Shown: one piece after another, positions 42,120 to 52,218 of the stretch
Position numbering within the stretch: the first letter of the stretch is position 1
How the letters are laid out: every line of letters starts with the position of its first letter
Assembly: GCA_037444625.1 (NCBI GenBank)
Contig: JBBIMA010000018.1
Location: 1 to 64,000 of the forward strand
DNA length: 64,000 bases
Direction: 5' to 3'
DNA from: Solibacteraceae bacterium
GTDB lineage: Bacteria; Acidobacteriota; Terriglobia; Bryobacterales; Bryobacteraceae
Notes under the pieces: generated by a model
What the model saw: the letters and a program-made list of their open reading frames with translations, nothing else
Databases searched by the model: none
What the model was told of the DNA's origin: nothing
Translations under genes and position numbers: made by a program

Positions 42120-43679
42120 ATGCTTTGGCCCGCAATCTTCACCGTGGCGTGGACCCTGGCGGCGGCGCCCGTCCCGGCGGTCCATAACGTCCGGGATTAC
42201 GGCGCCCGCGGCGACGGGCGCAGCAAAGACACGGCCGCCATCCAGAAGGCCCTGGACGCCGCGGCCCGCCAGGGCGGCGGCGTGGTTCTGCTGCCCCCCG
42301 GCACCTACCTTTCCGGGACCCTGCACCTGCGCAGCCGCGTGGCCCTGGAGATCGCCGCCGGGGCCACGCTGGCCGCCAGTCCCGAGGCGGCCGACTTCGA
42401 CAAGTACGAAGAGCTTCCCTTCAAACCGGTGGACGATCACGAGACCACCTACTTCCGCCACGCCCTGCTGGCCGGCGAGGACCTGGAGGACATCGCCCTC
42501 TACGGCGCGGGCGTGGTGGACGGCAACCGCTCCAAGCGCGGCGGACCCAAGCCCATCGCCCTGAAGCGCTGCCGGCGCGTCTCCCTGCGCGGCCTCACCG
42601 TCCGCAATTCGCCCAACTACGCGGTCAGCCTGCTCGGTTGCGAGGACGTCGAGCTGGAGGGCCTCCGCATCCTGAATTCCTACTGCGACGGCATTGATCC
42701 GGATTGCTCGCGTTTCGTCCGCATCTCGAACTGCTACGTGGATTCCTGGGACGACGCCATCGTGCTGAAGGCCAGCCAGGCGCTGGGCGAGCCCCGCCCC
42801 ACCGAGCACGTCACCGTCACCAACTGCGTGCTGCGCACCAGTTGCAACCATTTCAAGCTGGGCACCGAGAGCCGGGGTGACTTCCGCAATATCGTCCTGT
42901 CGAATTGCGTGATGCTGAACCGGGAGGCGGGACGCCCGGCCACCAGCGCCATCGCCTTGGAATCAGTGGACGGGGCGCGCATCGAGCGCGTGGCGATCTC
43001 GAACGTGGCGGTCCAAGGGGCCCGCACGCCGATCTTCCTGCGCCTGGGCAACCGGGGGCGGGGCATGCAGCCGCCGGTCCCCGGCGCCCTACAGGACGTC
43101 TCGATCGCGAACGTCTCCGCCGCGGGCGGCGTGCTGGCCAGCTCGATCACAGGACTGCCGGGCCATCCGGTTCGCAACATCAGCCTTTCCGATATCCGCA
43201 TCGCCATGGCCGGCGGAGGCAAGTTCGCCGGAACCGAGGTCCCCGAGCATCCCGCCAAGTATCCCGAGGCCAGCATGTTCGGCGAACTGCCCGCGCACAC
43301 CCTCTACGTGCGGCACGTCCAGGGACTCACCCTGCGCAACCTCAAGACCGGCTGGAGCCGTCCCGATGAGCGCCCCGCCCTGCTGTTGGACGACGTGCGC
43401 AGTTTCCAGATCCACGGCTTCCAGGCGGAGAGCGCCGCCGGTCCGCTGCCCCTCATCTGGTTAAAAGATTCAGCCGGCGGGCTGCTGAGCGGATCCCGCC
43501 TCGCGGCGCCCCTGGCCCTGTTCCTGCGCGTCAGCGGCCGCGCCAGCGGGGACATCAGCCTGGTGGGCAACGACCTGCGCCAGGCCCGTCGCCTGGTGGA
43601 CCTGGAGGGCGGCGCCGACCCGTTCGCGGTCGCCTCGACCGCCAACCTGACGGCCGGGAAGATCCCGCCCATAGACTGA
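42120..43679 (+). CDS. glycoside hydrolase family 28-like (pectin-lyase fold)
   Basis: Signal peptide, VRDYGARGDGRSKDTAAIQKALDAA and NSYCDGIDPD..DDAIVLKAS parallel beta-helix motifs. Confidence 0.75.
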   Translation: MLWPAIFTVAWTLAAAPVPAVHNVRDYGARGDGRSKDTAAIQKALDAAARQGGGVVLLPPGTYLSGTLHLRSRVALEIAAGATLAASPEAADFDKYEELPFKPVDDHETTYFRHALLAGEDLEDIALYGAGVVDGNRSKRGGPKPIALKRCRRVSLRGLTVRNSPNYAVSLLGCEDVELEGLRILNSYCDGIDPDCSRFVRISNCYVDSWDDAIVLKASQALGEPRPTEHVTVTNCVLRTSCNHFKLGTESRGDFRNIVLSNCVMLNREAGRPATSAIALESVDGARIERVAISNVAVQGARTPIFLRLGNRGRGMQPPVPGALQDVSIANVSAAGGVLASSITGLPGHPVRNISLSDIRIAMAGGGKFAGTEVPEHPAKYPEASMFGELPAHTLYVRHVQGLTLRNLKTGWSRPDERPALLLDDVRSFQIHGFQAESAAGPLPLIWLKDSAGGLLSGSRLAAPLALFLRVSGRASGDISLVGNDLRQARRLVDLEGGADPFAVASTANLTAGKIPPID

Positions 43680-43697
43680 CCTCTGGGGGCACCCGAG

Positions 43698-44873
43698 TTG
43701 CGCCGCCTGCTTCCGCTGATGTTCGCCGCCTGCACCCCGCTCGTCCCCCAGGCCATTCAGACGCCGGGCCTCCAGGAGTGGCGTTTCGGCGCCGGCATCC
43801 AGTTCACGGGCATTTACACCTACCGAACCTACGCCGACCTGGACGGCGACGGGCGCCTGGAGCCGGTGGACGATCGTTTCGACCTAGGCGCCCGCCGGGC
43901 CCGCTTCACCTTGAACGGCCGGATCCGCGAGGACCTGGATTTCCGGATCATTTTCTACTACGACAACATCGGGCGCGACCGCTTGACCGGCACTCGCGGC
44001 ACCCCCAACGAGAGCAACGTGGGCATCTGGGACGCCTTCTGGAGCTGGCACGCCCATTCCTCCTGGGCTCATGTCACCATCGGTTATTTCCGCCCTTAGA
44101 TCGGCCGCGAACATCTCACCTCCGGTTTTCAGACTAACTCCAACATGGACAAACTCCCCACCCAAATTTACCTTCGCAACCACGTCATCGGACGCTCTAA
44201 CGGAAGGGAAACCGGAATCAATTTGGGCGGATTGTATCTCGGCCGGGGTTGGAGCTTGAACTACAATGCAGGCTTTTTCGACACCAGTCACGAAAAGGTC
44301 ACCGGCCAGGCTTACGGCGCCGCCCGCTGGTCGCCCCTATGGACCGCTCGCGCCGCCCTGACCCTGGGCGATCCCGAGATGAGCCACTACGGCCTCGACT
44401 ACCAGATCAATTACTTCGGCCGGCGGCGGGGCATTACCGGAGCCTTCAATTACTCCCGGCAAGGCCGCACCAACGTCTTCCTTAAGAACGAACTGGCGGG
44501 TCTGGACCTGCTGGCTAACTACCGGAACCTGAATTTCGACGCCGAATGCGAGTGGATGAGGCGCCGGCGCCCGGACGGCGCGCGCTATACCGATCGCGTA
44601 TGGCACCTGCGGGCCGGTTACAACCTTCCGGCCCGGGGAACGTGGCTGGAGCCCGTGCTGGCCGTCATGCATTTCACAGGCGGCCCGCTCTCCCCCTGGG
44701 CCGACGGGCGCGACCGCCTGCTGGAGACGGGCCTGAACTGGTATGTCCGCCAGACACGGATCAAGTTCAACCTGCATTACACCCGCCAGCGGGGCCGGCC
44801 CCTCTCCAGCTACGATGACGGCAAGCTCCGGCGCGGCGACATGGTGGGACTCGGCATCCAGTTCGTCTACTGA
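43698..44873 (+). pseudogene. outer-membrane porin-like beta-barrel gene interrupted by one in-frame TAG (44097-44099)
   Basis: ORFs 43698..44099 and 44145..44873 share a frame; no other stop occurs between them. Signal peptide/lipobox-like N-terminus, alternating beta-strand pattern and an aromatic C-terminus (GIQFVY). Confidence 0.5.
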
Positions 44874-44897
44874 AGCCGGGGCGCTGGGCAGGCCGGC

Positions 44898-45433
44898 TTA
44901 TCGGGCCGCCGGCGCCGAGCGGACCAGAATCACCGAGCGCACCCGCGACACCGAACCGGGCGGGCGCGCCACCCGAGCCCGGAGCAGGACCTGAACTCCC
45001 TGGGCGGCCCCCGGCAGCCATCCGAAACTGATCAACTCGGCGGGCGCAGGTTTCTCCCGATCCTCGGGAACCGCCTCCCAGCGCCCGAATTCCTCGGCGA
45101 GCGCCCCCAGGGTGAGCCCGGTTTGCGCCCTCAGAATCAGAGTCGCCCGGACCACCGGCGCCTCGGGATCGTGGTCCGCCGCCAGGACCAACTCGGCCCG
45201 CTCGGCCTCCCCGGTCTTCCAGCTCAGCTCGGCCTGATTGGGCGGCTGCGGCCGCAGCTCCCCGCCGAAACGCTGCTGAAGCTCGCGGGAGCGGACCTCG
45301 CTTTGCCCCAGAGCGACCACCCACTGCCGAACCCACTGCGCGTTCATCGCCGATTCACTCCTTTGCCCGAGGCCCGCCGGTGGCGGCGCCGCCAGCACCG
45401 CCAAGGCCCCCATCCACCAACCGGCCTTCACCA
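44898..45433 (-). CDS. small secreted hypothetical protein
   Basis: Start MVKAGWWMGALAVLAAPPPAG (signal peptide) overlaps the stop of the upstream gene (ATGGTGA). Coding-like composition. Confidence 0.45.
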
Positions 45434-46777
45434 TTTGTCGTCTATGATCTTCTCCAGGGCGAAGGCGTCCTTCTCCAAGGGCCGGTCCTTGTATGGCAAG
45501 CTGTACTGGCTCAGCGGCCCCTTGCCGTACTTGGCGTCGAACCACTCCTTGGCCTTCTGGTAGTTATCGCAGGGCGCGCCGGCGGCCTGCCCGGCCTGAG
45601 CCGCCGCGTCACTTACCGCCCCCTGAGCCTGCGCCGCCGCCTGCTCAAGCTGCGCCGCCGCACCCTTCACCGCGCCCTCAGCCTGCGAGGCCGCGTCTTT
45701 GGCCGCCTGCTCGGCCTGCGGCAAGTGACTCCCCAGGGCCTGCGCGACCTGCGGCAGCGGGTTCTTGGCCGCCTGCTCGGCCACCTCGGCCGGAATGTTC
45801 ATGGCCTTGTGGGTCGCGCTCTCCAAGGTTCGCATGGCCTCGGCGGTGGCGCCCTCGGCCGCTCGGAACTGGGCCGCCTTGAAGTACTGCTCGATGTGCC
45901 GGCCCTCGTGCATCATGGTCTTGGCCAGTTCCTTCTGGTCGAACTCGCTCAGAGGGCTCTTCTCGAACAGATGGCCGTTAAAGACCATGCCCCAACCGGC
46001 GGCGTCGGCCATGCCGAACAGGGTGGGCGGGTCGTCCCAGCCGGCGGCCGCATCCACGGACCGGCTGATGGTCGGCACGGGGATGCCCAGGTCCCTGAAT
46101 TGCTTTTCCTGTAGCTTCTTGACCGCCTCGAAGCGCTCCTCCGGTTTGAGGTTGTCCCAGTTGTCGGCCACCTGGGACTTGAAGTCTTTGACGAAGCCTT
46201 CGATTTGGGCCGGATCGGCGAAGCCCTTGCCCATGCAAAGATCGTCGGCCTTGGCGGCCGTCTGCTTGCAGCCTTCGACGATAGCCCCCACCGGCTTGTT
46301 GCCGAAATTCTGGGCGGCGTCGGTCAGGGCCTTGCCGAGAGCCGCCGCCGAAGCGGCCAGTTGCTTTCCCGTGGCAGCCAGCGCTCCCTGGGCCTGGCCG
46401 AGCAAGTTCCTGCCTTCAGCCTCCAGCGCCCGCGCCCGCCCCAGCGCCTCGTCCGCCAGGCGGTTGACCCTGGCGCCGGCGTCTCTGAGCGCCGGATCGT
46501 TCAGGATCGAGGAGGCCCATCCCAGGGCCGCGTTCCGGTCGAAATCCCGGCCGAAGGCGGACATCACGTCGGCGTACTTGCAAATGTCGCGCTCGGCCAG
46601 GATCTGGTAAGAGCGCGCCTTCTGGATCGCCTCTTGGACGGCTTCTCGGACCGCCGCCTCGCCCAGGCCCGCATACTGCTCGGGGAAAAACTCGCGCAAA
46701 TGCGAGCCCATCCGCTGCTGGAAATCCCGCTCGGCCGCCTGCGCCAATTGGGTCATCTGCTCGGGTCGGATGTTCAT
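45428..46777 (-). CDS. hypothetical 449-aa protein with HExxH motif and Ala/Gln-rich repeats
   Basis: K/E/Q-rich composition, atypical for spurious ORFs at this GC content. HEGRH (HExxH) motif and AQAQGA/AAQA repeats; no signal peptide. The plus-strand ORFs here are low-complexity antisense junk. Confidence 0.5.
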   Translation of the reverse strand: MNIRPEQMTQLAQAAERDFQQRMGSHLREFFPEQYAGLGEAAVREAVQEAIQKARSYQILAERDICKYADVMSAFGRDFDRNAALGWASSILNDPALRDAGARVNRLADEALGRARALEAEGRNLLGQAQGALAATGKQLAASAAALGKALTDAAQNFGNKPVGAIVEGCKQTAAKADDLCMGKGFADPAQIEGFVKDFKSQVADNWDNLKPEERFEAVKKLQEKQFRDLGIPVPTISRSVDAAAGWDDPPTLFGMADAAGWGMVFNGHLFEKSPLSEFDQKELAKTMMHEGRHIEQYFKAAQFRAAEGATAEAMRTLESATHKAMNIPAEVAEQAAKNPLPQVAQALGSHLPQAEQAAKDAASQAEGAVKGAAAQLEQAAAQAQGAVSDAAAQAGQAAGAPCDNYQKAKEWFDAKYGKGPLSQYSLPYKDRPLEKDAFALEKIIDDKW

Positions 46778-46871
46778 CGCGCCGCCCCTGCCGGTTCTGC
46801 GACATTATACACAACCGCCCGGGAGGACGCGTGCGCCCCGGGGGACCAGCCGGCCGGCGCCGCCTTGAATT

Positions 46872-47960
46872 ATGCTGGGAGCCATGGCCGAGACCATCTA
46901 TCAGAACCGGCGCGCCGTGCAGTTGGAGAACGGGCTGTTGAGGGTCACCCTACTGGTCGAAGGCGGGCACGTGGCCGAAATCCGGGATCTGGCCGGCGGG
47001 GTGAATCCCTTGTGGACGCCGCCCTGGCCCTCGATCGAACCCTCCGGTTACGATCCCGACCGGCACCCGGAGTACGGCCGGAATGCCGAGAGCCGGCTGC
47101 TGGCCGGAATCATGGGCCACAACCTCTGTATGGATATCTTCGGCGGCCCCTCCGAGGAGGAAGCGGCCGCCGGTCTGCCCGTGCACGGGGAGGCCTCGGT
47201 GGCGCCCTACCGCGTGGAGGCGGCAGAGGGCGAGCTGAGGGCGGAGGCCGAGTTGCCCGAAGCGCGGCTGCGGCTGCAAAGGACGCTGCGCCTGGCGCCG
47301 GGGGCCCGCCTGGTGGAATTCACGGAAACGGTCGAAAATGTTTCCGCCACCGACCGCCCCATCGCCTGGACCCAGCACGTCACCCTCGGCCCTCCCTTCC
47401 TGGCCAAAGGCCGCACCCAGTTCCGCGCCTCCGCCACCCGCTCGAAGGTCTTCGAGTCCGCCTTCTGCCCGGCCGGCGACCACTTGCTGGCCGGCGCGGA
47501 GTTCGACTGGCCTTGGGCGCCCCTGCGGCAGGGCGGCCTCACCGACTTGCGCATCTTCACCGACGCCCCGGTCTCCGGCGCCTTAACAACCCACCTGATC
47601 GATCCGGCCCGGGAGCAGGCCTTATTCCTGGACTGGTCGCCTGAGTCCCGCCTGGCCTTCGGCTACGTCTGGAAACAGGCTGATTTTCCCTGGCTGGGCA
47701 TCTGGGAGGAAAACCACAGCCGGCTGACTCCCCCTTGGAACGGGCGCACCCTCACCCGCGGCATGGAGTTCGGCGTCTCCCCCATGCCCGAGACCCGGCG
47801 GGCAATGATCAGCCGGGGCAGCCTGTTCGGTGTCCCAGCCTACCGCTGGATTCCGGCCCGCAGCCGGGTGGAAGTCCGCTACTGCGCCTTCCTGATTCCC
47901 GCACCGGCCCTCCCGGAGGAGGCGGTCTGGGAGGGCGGCGATCGGCTGCGCCTGGAATGA
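46872..47960 (+). CDS. aldose 1-epimerase/galactose-mutarotase-like domain protein
   Basis: Beta-sandwich-like sequence with conserved His/Glu-containing segments; weak assignment. Confidence 0.35.
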   Translation: MLGAMAETIYQNRRAVQLENGLLRVTLLVEGGHVAEIRDLAGGVNPLWTPPWPSIEPSGYDPDRHPEYGRNAESRLLAGIMGHNLCMDIFGGPSEEEAAAGLPVHGEASVAPYRVEAAEGELRAEAELPEARLRLQRTLRLAPGARLVEFTETVENVSATDRPIAWTQHVTLGPPFLAKGRTQFRASATRSKVFESAFCPAGDHLLAGAEFDWPWAPLRQGGLTDLRIFTDAPVSGALTTHLIDPAREQALFLDWSPESRLAFGYVWKQADFPWLGIWEENHSRLTPPWNGRTLTRGMEFGVSPMPETRRAMISRGSLFGVPAYRWIPARSRVEVRYCAFLIPAPALPEEAVWEGGDRLRLE

Positions 47961-48037
47961 GCGGCCCCCGGCGCGGGAAACATTTGGTTGACGCGGCTTC
48001 CGCCCGGTCCCTACAATGAAGGGAGCAAGGAGGCCCT

Positions 48038-48208
48038 ATGCTGCGGTCAATTGGGTTGCCTGAGCTGCTCATCATCTTGGGCGTCGCCGTCCTGCTGTTC
48101 GGCGGCAAGAAGATTCCCGAGGTGGCCAAGGGCTTGGGCGAAGGCATTCGGAATTTCAAGACCGCCTTGAAAGGCGAAGAGAAGCCCGAAGAAAAAAAGC
48201 AGGCGTAG
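48038..48208 (+). CDS. tatA: Sec-independent translocase protein TatA
   Basis: Not in the ORF track. AAGGAGG lies 5 nt upstream. Sequence [56 protein letters not shown]. Confidence 0.85.
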   Translation: MLRSIGLPELLIILGVAVLLFGGKKIPEVAKGLGEGIRNFKTALKGEEKPEEKKQA

Positions 48209-48396
48209 GCTTCCGGCGGCGGCTCGCACTTCGAGCCGCTCTGGATTCGGGTTCCCACCGATAGGTTCCCCGGGGCTGCGGCCCCGGCTCTCAGCCCTGC
48301 CGGCATCCAGCGGGCAGGGCCGTCCCGGCACCGGAAATCCCGGCTCAGCAAGAGAGGCGCCGGCAAGCAGGGCGCGCGCCCTCGCCCAACGAAAAA

Positions 48397-48422
48397 CCCC
48401 GCGCCGGGGGCGCGGGGTTTTT
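48397..48422. terminator. bidirectional intrinsic terminator between tatA and hupB
   Basis: AAAAACCCCGCGCC-GGG-GGCGCGGGGTTTTT, a perfect GC hairpin flanked by A- and T-tracts. Confidence 0.65.
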
Positions 48423-48447
48423 CAGGCTTGGCTTTCCGCGCGTTGCG

Positions 48448-48753
48448 CTACTTCTTCTTGGGCGGAACGATGGCGTCCTTGACCGCCTTGGCGACCCGGA
48501 ACTTGACCACTTTCTTGGCCGGGATCTTGATGGCTTCGCCGGTGGCGGGGTTGCGCCCGATGCGCGCCTTGCGCTCGGCACGCACCAGCTTGCCGATACC
48601 AGGCATCACGAACATGCCGCTCTTCTTGGTCTCCCGGACCGCGATGTCGGCGTAAGTCTCTAGAAACTGTTTGGCCACCTTGTTGGGTACGTCACAGGTG
48701 GTGGCGATTTCCCGGATCAGTTGCGTTTGCGTCATCCGCTTGACTTCAGCCAT
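48448..48753 (-). CDS. hupB: DNA-binding protein HU
   Basis: MAEVKRMTQTQLIREIA..GIGKLVRAERKARIGRNPATGEAIKIPAKKVVKF is the HU fold. AAGGAGGG lies 4 nt upstream of this ATG. Confidence 0.9.
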   Translation of the reverse strand: MAEVKRMTQTQLIREIATTCDVPNKVAKQFLETYADIAVRETKKSGMFVMPGIGKLVRAERKARIGRNPATGEAIKIPAKKVVKFRVAKAVKDAIVPPKKK

Positions 48754-48976
48754 AACCCTCCTTCTCGATTCTCCCGATTGAACCGTTGCGGCGGCGGGCC
48801 CGGGGGCGAAAGCCGCCGGCGACGACTTCAAATCGCTTTTCATGATAAGGAAAGTCGGGCGCGAAGTAAAGAGAAAAGTTGCACGAAACGCCCGATTTTC
48901 GGGCCTGCGGAAGCAGGCCGGCGCCCGGCAGGGCCGAAAACGCGCCCTCGGAACCACCCGGCCCGGCCGGGCCCGT

Positions 48977-50014
48977 TCAGCAGGCGGCCGCCCGGGCCTG
49001 CTCGGCCGGCGGCGCCAGGCCCAGCAGCCGCCGCAGTTCCTCCTCCAGGCGCTCGCGCACCTCCCGGTGCTCCTTGAGAAACTGGCGGGCGTTTTCCCGC
49101 CCCTGGCCGATCCGCTCGCCGCGGTAGCTCAGCCAGGAGCCGCTCTTCTCGATCAGGTCGCGGCTCAGCCCGAGATCCAGCAGGTCGGCTTCCCGCGAGA
49201 TCCCCTGGCCGTGGATCAGGTCGAACTCCGCTTCGCGGAAGGGCGCCGCCACCTTGTTCTTGACCACCCGGACCCGGGTCCGGCTGCCCACCACCCCGTC
49301 GTTCTCCTTCAGGCTGGCGGTGCGCCGCACATCCACCCGCACCGAGGCGTAGAACTTCAAGGCTCGCCCCCCGGTGGTGGTTTCCGGATTGCCGAACATC
49401 ACGCCGATCTTCTCCCGGATCTGGTTGATGAAAATCAGGCAGGTGTTAGTGCGCGAGACCGCTCCGGCCAGCTTGCGCAGCGCCTGGGACATCAGGCGCG
49501 CCTGGAGACCCACAAAGCTCTCGCCCATCTCTCCCTCCAGCTCGGCCTTGGGCACCAGGGCCGCCACCGAATCAATCACGATTACGTCCAGAGCGCCGGA
49601 GGCCACCAGGGCGCCGGTGATCTCCAGCGCCTGCTCGCCGTAATCGGGCTGGGAAACCAGCAGATTGTCGGTGTCCACCCCCAGGCTCCGGGCATAGACC
49701 GGATCCAGGGCGTGTTCGGCGTCAATGAAGGCGGCGGTGCCCCCCGCCTTCTGCGCCTCGGCGATCACCTGGAGCGCGATCGTGGTCTTGCCGGAAGCTT
49801 CCGGGCCGAAGATCTCCACGATCCGCCCCCGGGGAAAGCCTCCCACCCCCAGCGCGGCGTCCAGCGAAAGGGAGCCGCTGGAGATCACCGAGACCGGCAG
49901 GATGCTGTCGGAGCCCAGCCGCAGGACGGACCCCTTGCCGAACTGCTTTTCCATCTGGCTGAGCACCTGGTCAACGGCGCGCCGGCGTTCGTCGCCGGAC
50001 GAGTTCCTGGACAT
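48977..50014 (-). CDS. recA: recombinase RecA (downstream paralogue)
   Basis: Walker [11 protein letters not shown]1/L2 loops ([19 protein letters not shown]), complete C-terminal domain. Confidence 0.95.
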   Translation of the reverse strand: MSRNSSGDERRRAVDQVLSQMEKQFGKGSVLRLGSDSILPVSVISSGSLSLDAALGVGGFPRGRIVEIFGPEASGKTTIALQVIAEAQKAGGTAAFIDAEHALDPVYARSLGVDTDNLLVSQPDYGEQALEITGALVASGALDVIVIDSVAALVPKAELEGEMGESFVGLQARLMSQALRKLAGAVSRTNTCLIFINQIREKIGVMFGNPETTTGGRALKFYASVRVDVRRTASLKENDGVVGSRTRVRVVKNKVAAPFREAEFDLIHGQGISREADLLDLGLSRDLIEKSGSWLSYRGERIGQGRENARQFLKEHREVRERLEEELRRLLGLAPPAEQARAAAC

Positions 50015-50079
50015 AGAGCGCCCTCCGGAGCACTCTATTTGGTGGGTTCCGGCGGCGGTTGATCTCAGCCCAAAGCGAC

Positions 50080-51153
50080 TCAGCGGCCGCGCGCGGCCGC
50101 AGCCGGAGCGGGCTTGGCGGGCGGCTCGGGCGCCGGGGCGGGGCTCTCGGCGGGAGCGCGCACCAGCCCGAGGGCGCGGCGCAGCTCGGCTTCCAGCCGG
50201 TCGGCCACCTCGGGGTTGTCGCGCAGGAATTGCCGGGCGTTCTCGCGCCCCTGTCCGATGCGCTCGCCTTTGTAGCTGTACCAGGAGCCGCTCTTCTCAA
50301 CCAGGTTGTGCGCCACGCCCAAGTCAATCAGGTCTCCCTCGCGCGAGATGCCCTGCCCGTAGAGGATGTCGAACTCGGCTTCGCGGAAGGGCGCCGCCAG
50401 CTTGTTCTTCACGATTTTGACCTTGGTGCGGCTGCCCACCACGGTTTCGCCCTCCTTGATGGCCGCCACGCGCCGGATGTCGGCCCGGACGCTGGCGTAG
50501 AACTTCAGGGCGCGTCCGCCGGTGGTGGTCTCCGGGTTGCCGAACATCACGCCGATCTTCTCCCGGATCTGGTTGATGAAGATCAGACAGGTGTTGGACT
50601 TCGACACGATGCCGGTGAGCTTGCGCAAGGCCTGCGACATCAGCCGGGCCTGCACGCCCACGTAGGCCTCGCCCATCTCCCCGTCCAGTTCCGCTTTGGG
50701 CACCAGGGCGGCCACCGAGTCAATCACCAGCACGTCAATCGAACCGGAGCTGATCAGGGCGCTGGTGATCTCCAGGGCCTGCTCGGCGTAATCCGGCTGG
50801 GAGACCAGCAGATTGTCGGTATCCACGCCGAGCTGGCGGGCGTAAATCGGATCCAGGGCGTGCTCGACGTCAATGAAGGCCGCCATCCCTCCCGCCTTCT
50901 GGGCGCTGGCCACCACGTGCAGGGCGATGGTGGTCTTGCCGGAGGCCTCCGGGCCGAAGATCTCGCTGATGCGGCCGCGGGGGAAGCCGCCGATGCCCAG
51001 GGCGGCGTCCAGGGAGATCGAACCGGTGGGGATGGTGGCCACCGGCACGATCGCCTCGCGCGAACCCAGCCGCAGGATCGAACCCTTGCCGAACTGTTTC
51101 TCGATCTGGCTCAGGGTGAGGCCCAGGGCGCGTGCGCGTTCCTTGTCGTCCAT
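50080..51153 (-). CDS. recA: recombinase RecA (upstream paralogue)
   Basis: Same motifs. About 80% aa identity to the downstream copy, with long near-identical DNA stretches. Confidence 0.95.
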   Translation of the reverse strand: MDDKERARALGLTLSQIEKQFGKGSILRLGSREAIVPVATIPTGSISLDAALGIGGFPRGRISEIFGPEASGKTTIALHVVASAQKAGGMAAFIDVEHALDPIYARQLGVDTDNLLVSQPDYAEQALEITSALISSGSIDVLVIDSVAALVPKAELDGEMGEAYVGVQARLMSQALRKLTGIVSKSNTCLIFINQIREKIGVMFGNPETTTGGRALKFYASVRADIRRVAAIKEGETVVGSRTKVKIVKNKLAAPFREAEFDILYGQGISREGDLIDLGVAHNLVEKSGSWYSYKGERIGQGRENARQFLRDNPEVADRLEAELRRALGLVRAPAESPAPAPEPPAKPAPAAAARGR

Positions 51154-51231
51154 AGGGGATCCTTTCCGCGGCCGGCGGGGCCGGCGACAAGTCAGATTAT
51201 ACCCCTTCGCAGGGCCCGGCCCGAAGGCGCC

Positions 51232-52188
51232 CTACAGGCGCGGAGCGTAATAGCCCTTGCGCGCCCTCACCACCAGATCCCGCCGCCCCTTGACTCTGAC
51301 GTCCACGGCCTGGTAGCGCCCGTCGGTGCGCAGCGGCTCGGGCCGGTAAAAGATGTTGTACTGGTGGCGCAGCTCGTTGGCGATGTTTTCAAACGACTGG
51401 GCCAGGTCTTCGATCTTGAAGGGGAATAGAGCCAGGCCGCCGGTCTCCGCCGCCATGTACTTCAGCACCCTGTCGCCGTCGGTCTCCAGCCGGGTGACGT
51501 TGGTCGAGATCGTGTAGACGACGGCGTCGGCCTTTTGGGCCATCTCGAGCGCCTGATCGCGCGTCACCCGGCTCTGGTTGTCCTCCCCGTCGCTCAAGAC
51601 CACCACCGCCCGGCGAAACTTGTGCCGGGGCTGTTCCTGCATGAGCTTGTCGCGACAGGCGAAGTAGATGGCCTCGTACAGGGAGGTACCCCCGCCGGGA
51701 CGCAGCTCGCGGATGGCGGCCGCCAGCCTTTCCGGATCCTCCGTCAGGTCGGCGACCAGCTCGACCGAAGTGTCGAAGCTGACCACCAGGGCCTTGTCGT
51801 AACGCGGGCGCATCACGCTGTTGAGAAACTCGATGGCCGCCTCCTGGATGAAGCGGAAGCGCGGCCGGACGCTGTTGCTGGTGTCCAACAGCAGCGCGAT
51901 GCGCAAAGGCAGGTCGCTCTCGGCGGCGAACTCCAGGATCTTCTGGGGACGCTTGTCCTCGATGACCTCGAAATCGTCCCGCCCCAGGTTGGTGATGAAG
52001 CGGCCCTTGCGGTCGGTGACCGTAAACAGCAGATTGACCCGGGTCACGTCCAGGATGATGCGGGTCTTCTCGTCGTCGAGCTGGAGCGCTTCTCCTCCGG
52101 GCTTCGGGCGTTGAGTCCGGACGCCGGGCTGCTGCACCCCGGCGGCCAGTGCGCTCAGCAGGCCCGCACAGGCCAGCCACCCCTTCAT
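51232..52188 (-). CDS. secreted von Willebrand factor A (VWA) domain protein
   Basis: Signal peptide; MIDAS motif DTSNS with downstream T and D residues. Confidence 0.75.
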   Translation of the reverse strand: MKGWLACAGLLSALAAGVQQPGVRTQRPKPGGEALQLDDEKTRIILDVTRVNLLFTVTDRKGRFITNLGRDDFEVIEDKRPQKILEFAAESDLPLRIALLLDTSNSVRPRFRFIQEAAIEFLNSVMRPRYDKALVVSFDTSVELVADLTEDPERLAAAIRELRPGGGTSLYEAIYFACRDKLMQEQPRHKFRRAVVVLSDGEDNQSRVTRDQALEMAQKADAVVYTISTNVTRLETDGDRVLKYMAAETGGLALFPFKIEDLAQSFENIANELRHQYNIFYRPEPLRTDGRYQAVDVRVKGRRDLVVRARKGYYAPRL

Positions 52189-52218
52189 GACGATCTCCCT
52201 CCCCGATTATACCCGCCG

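Noticed and set aside
52189-52218. Sigma-54 promoter upstream of the VWA gene
   Set aside because: The spacer instead shows a sigma70-like TATAAT and an SD (GGGTATAATCGGGGAGGGAG). No TGGCAC-N5-TTGC was seen.
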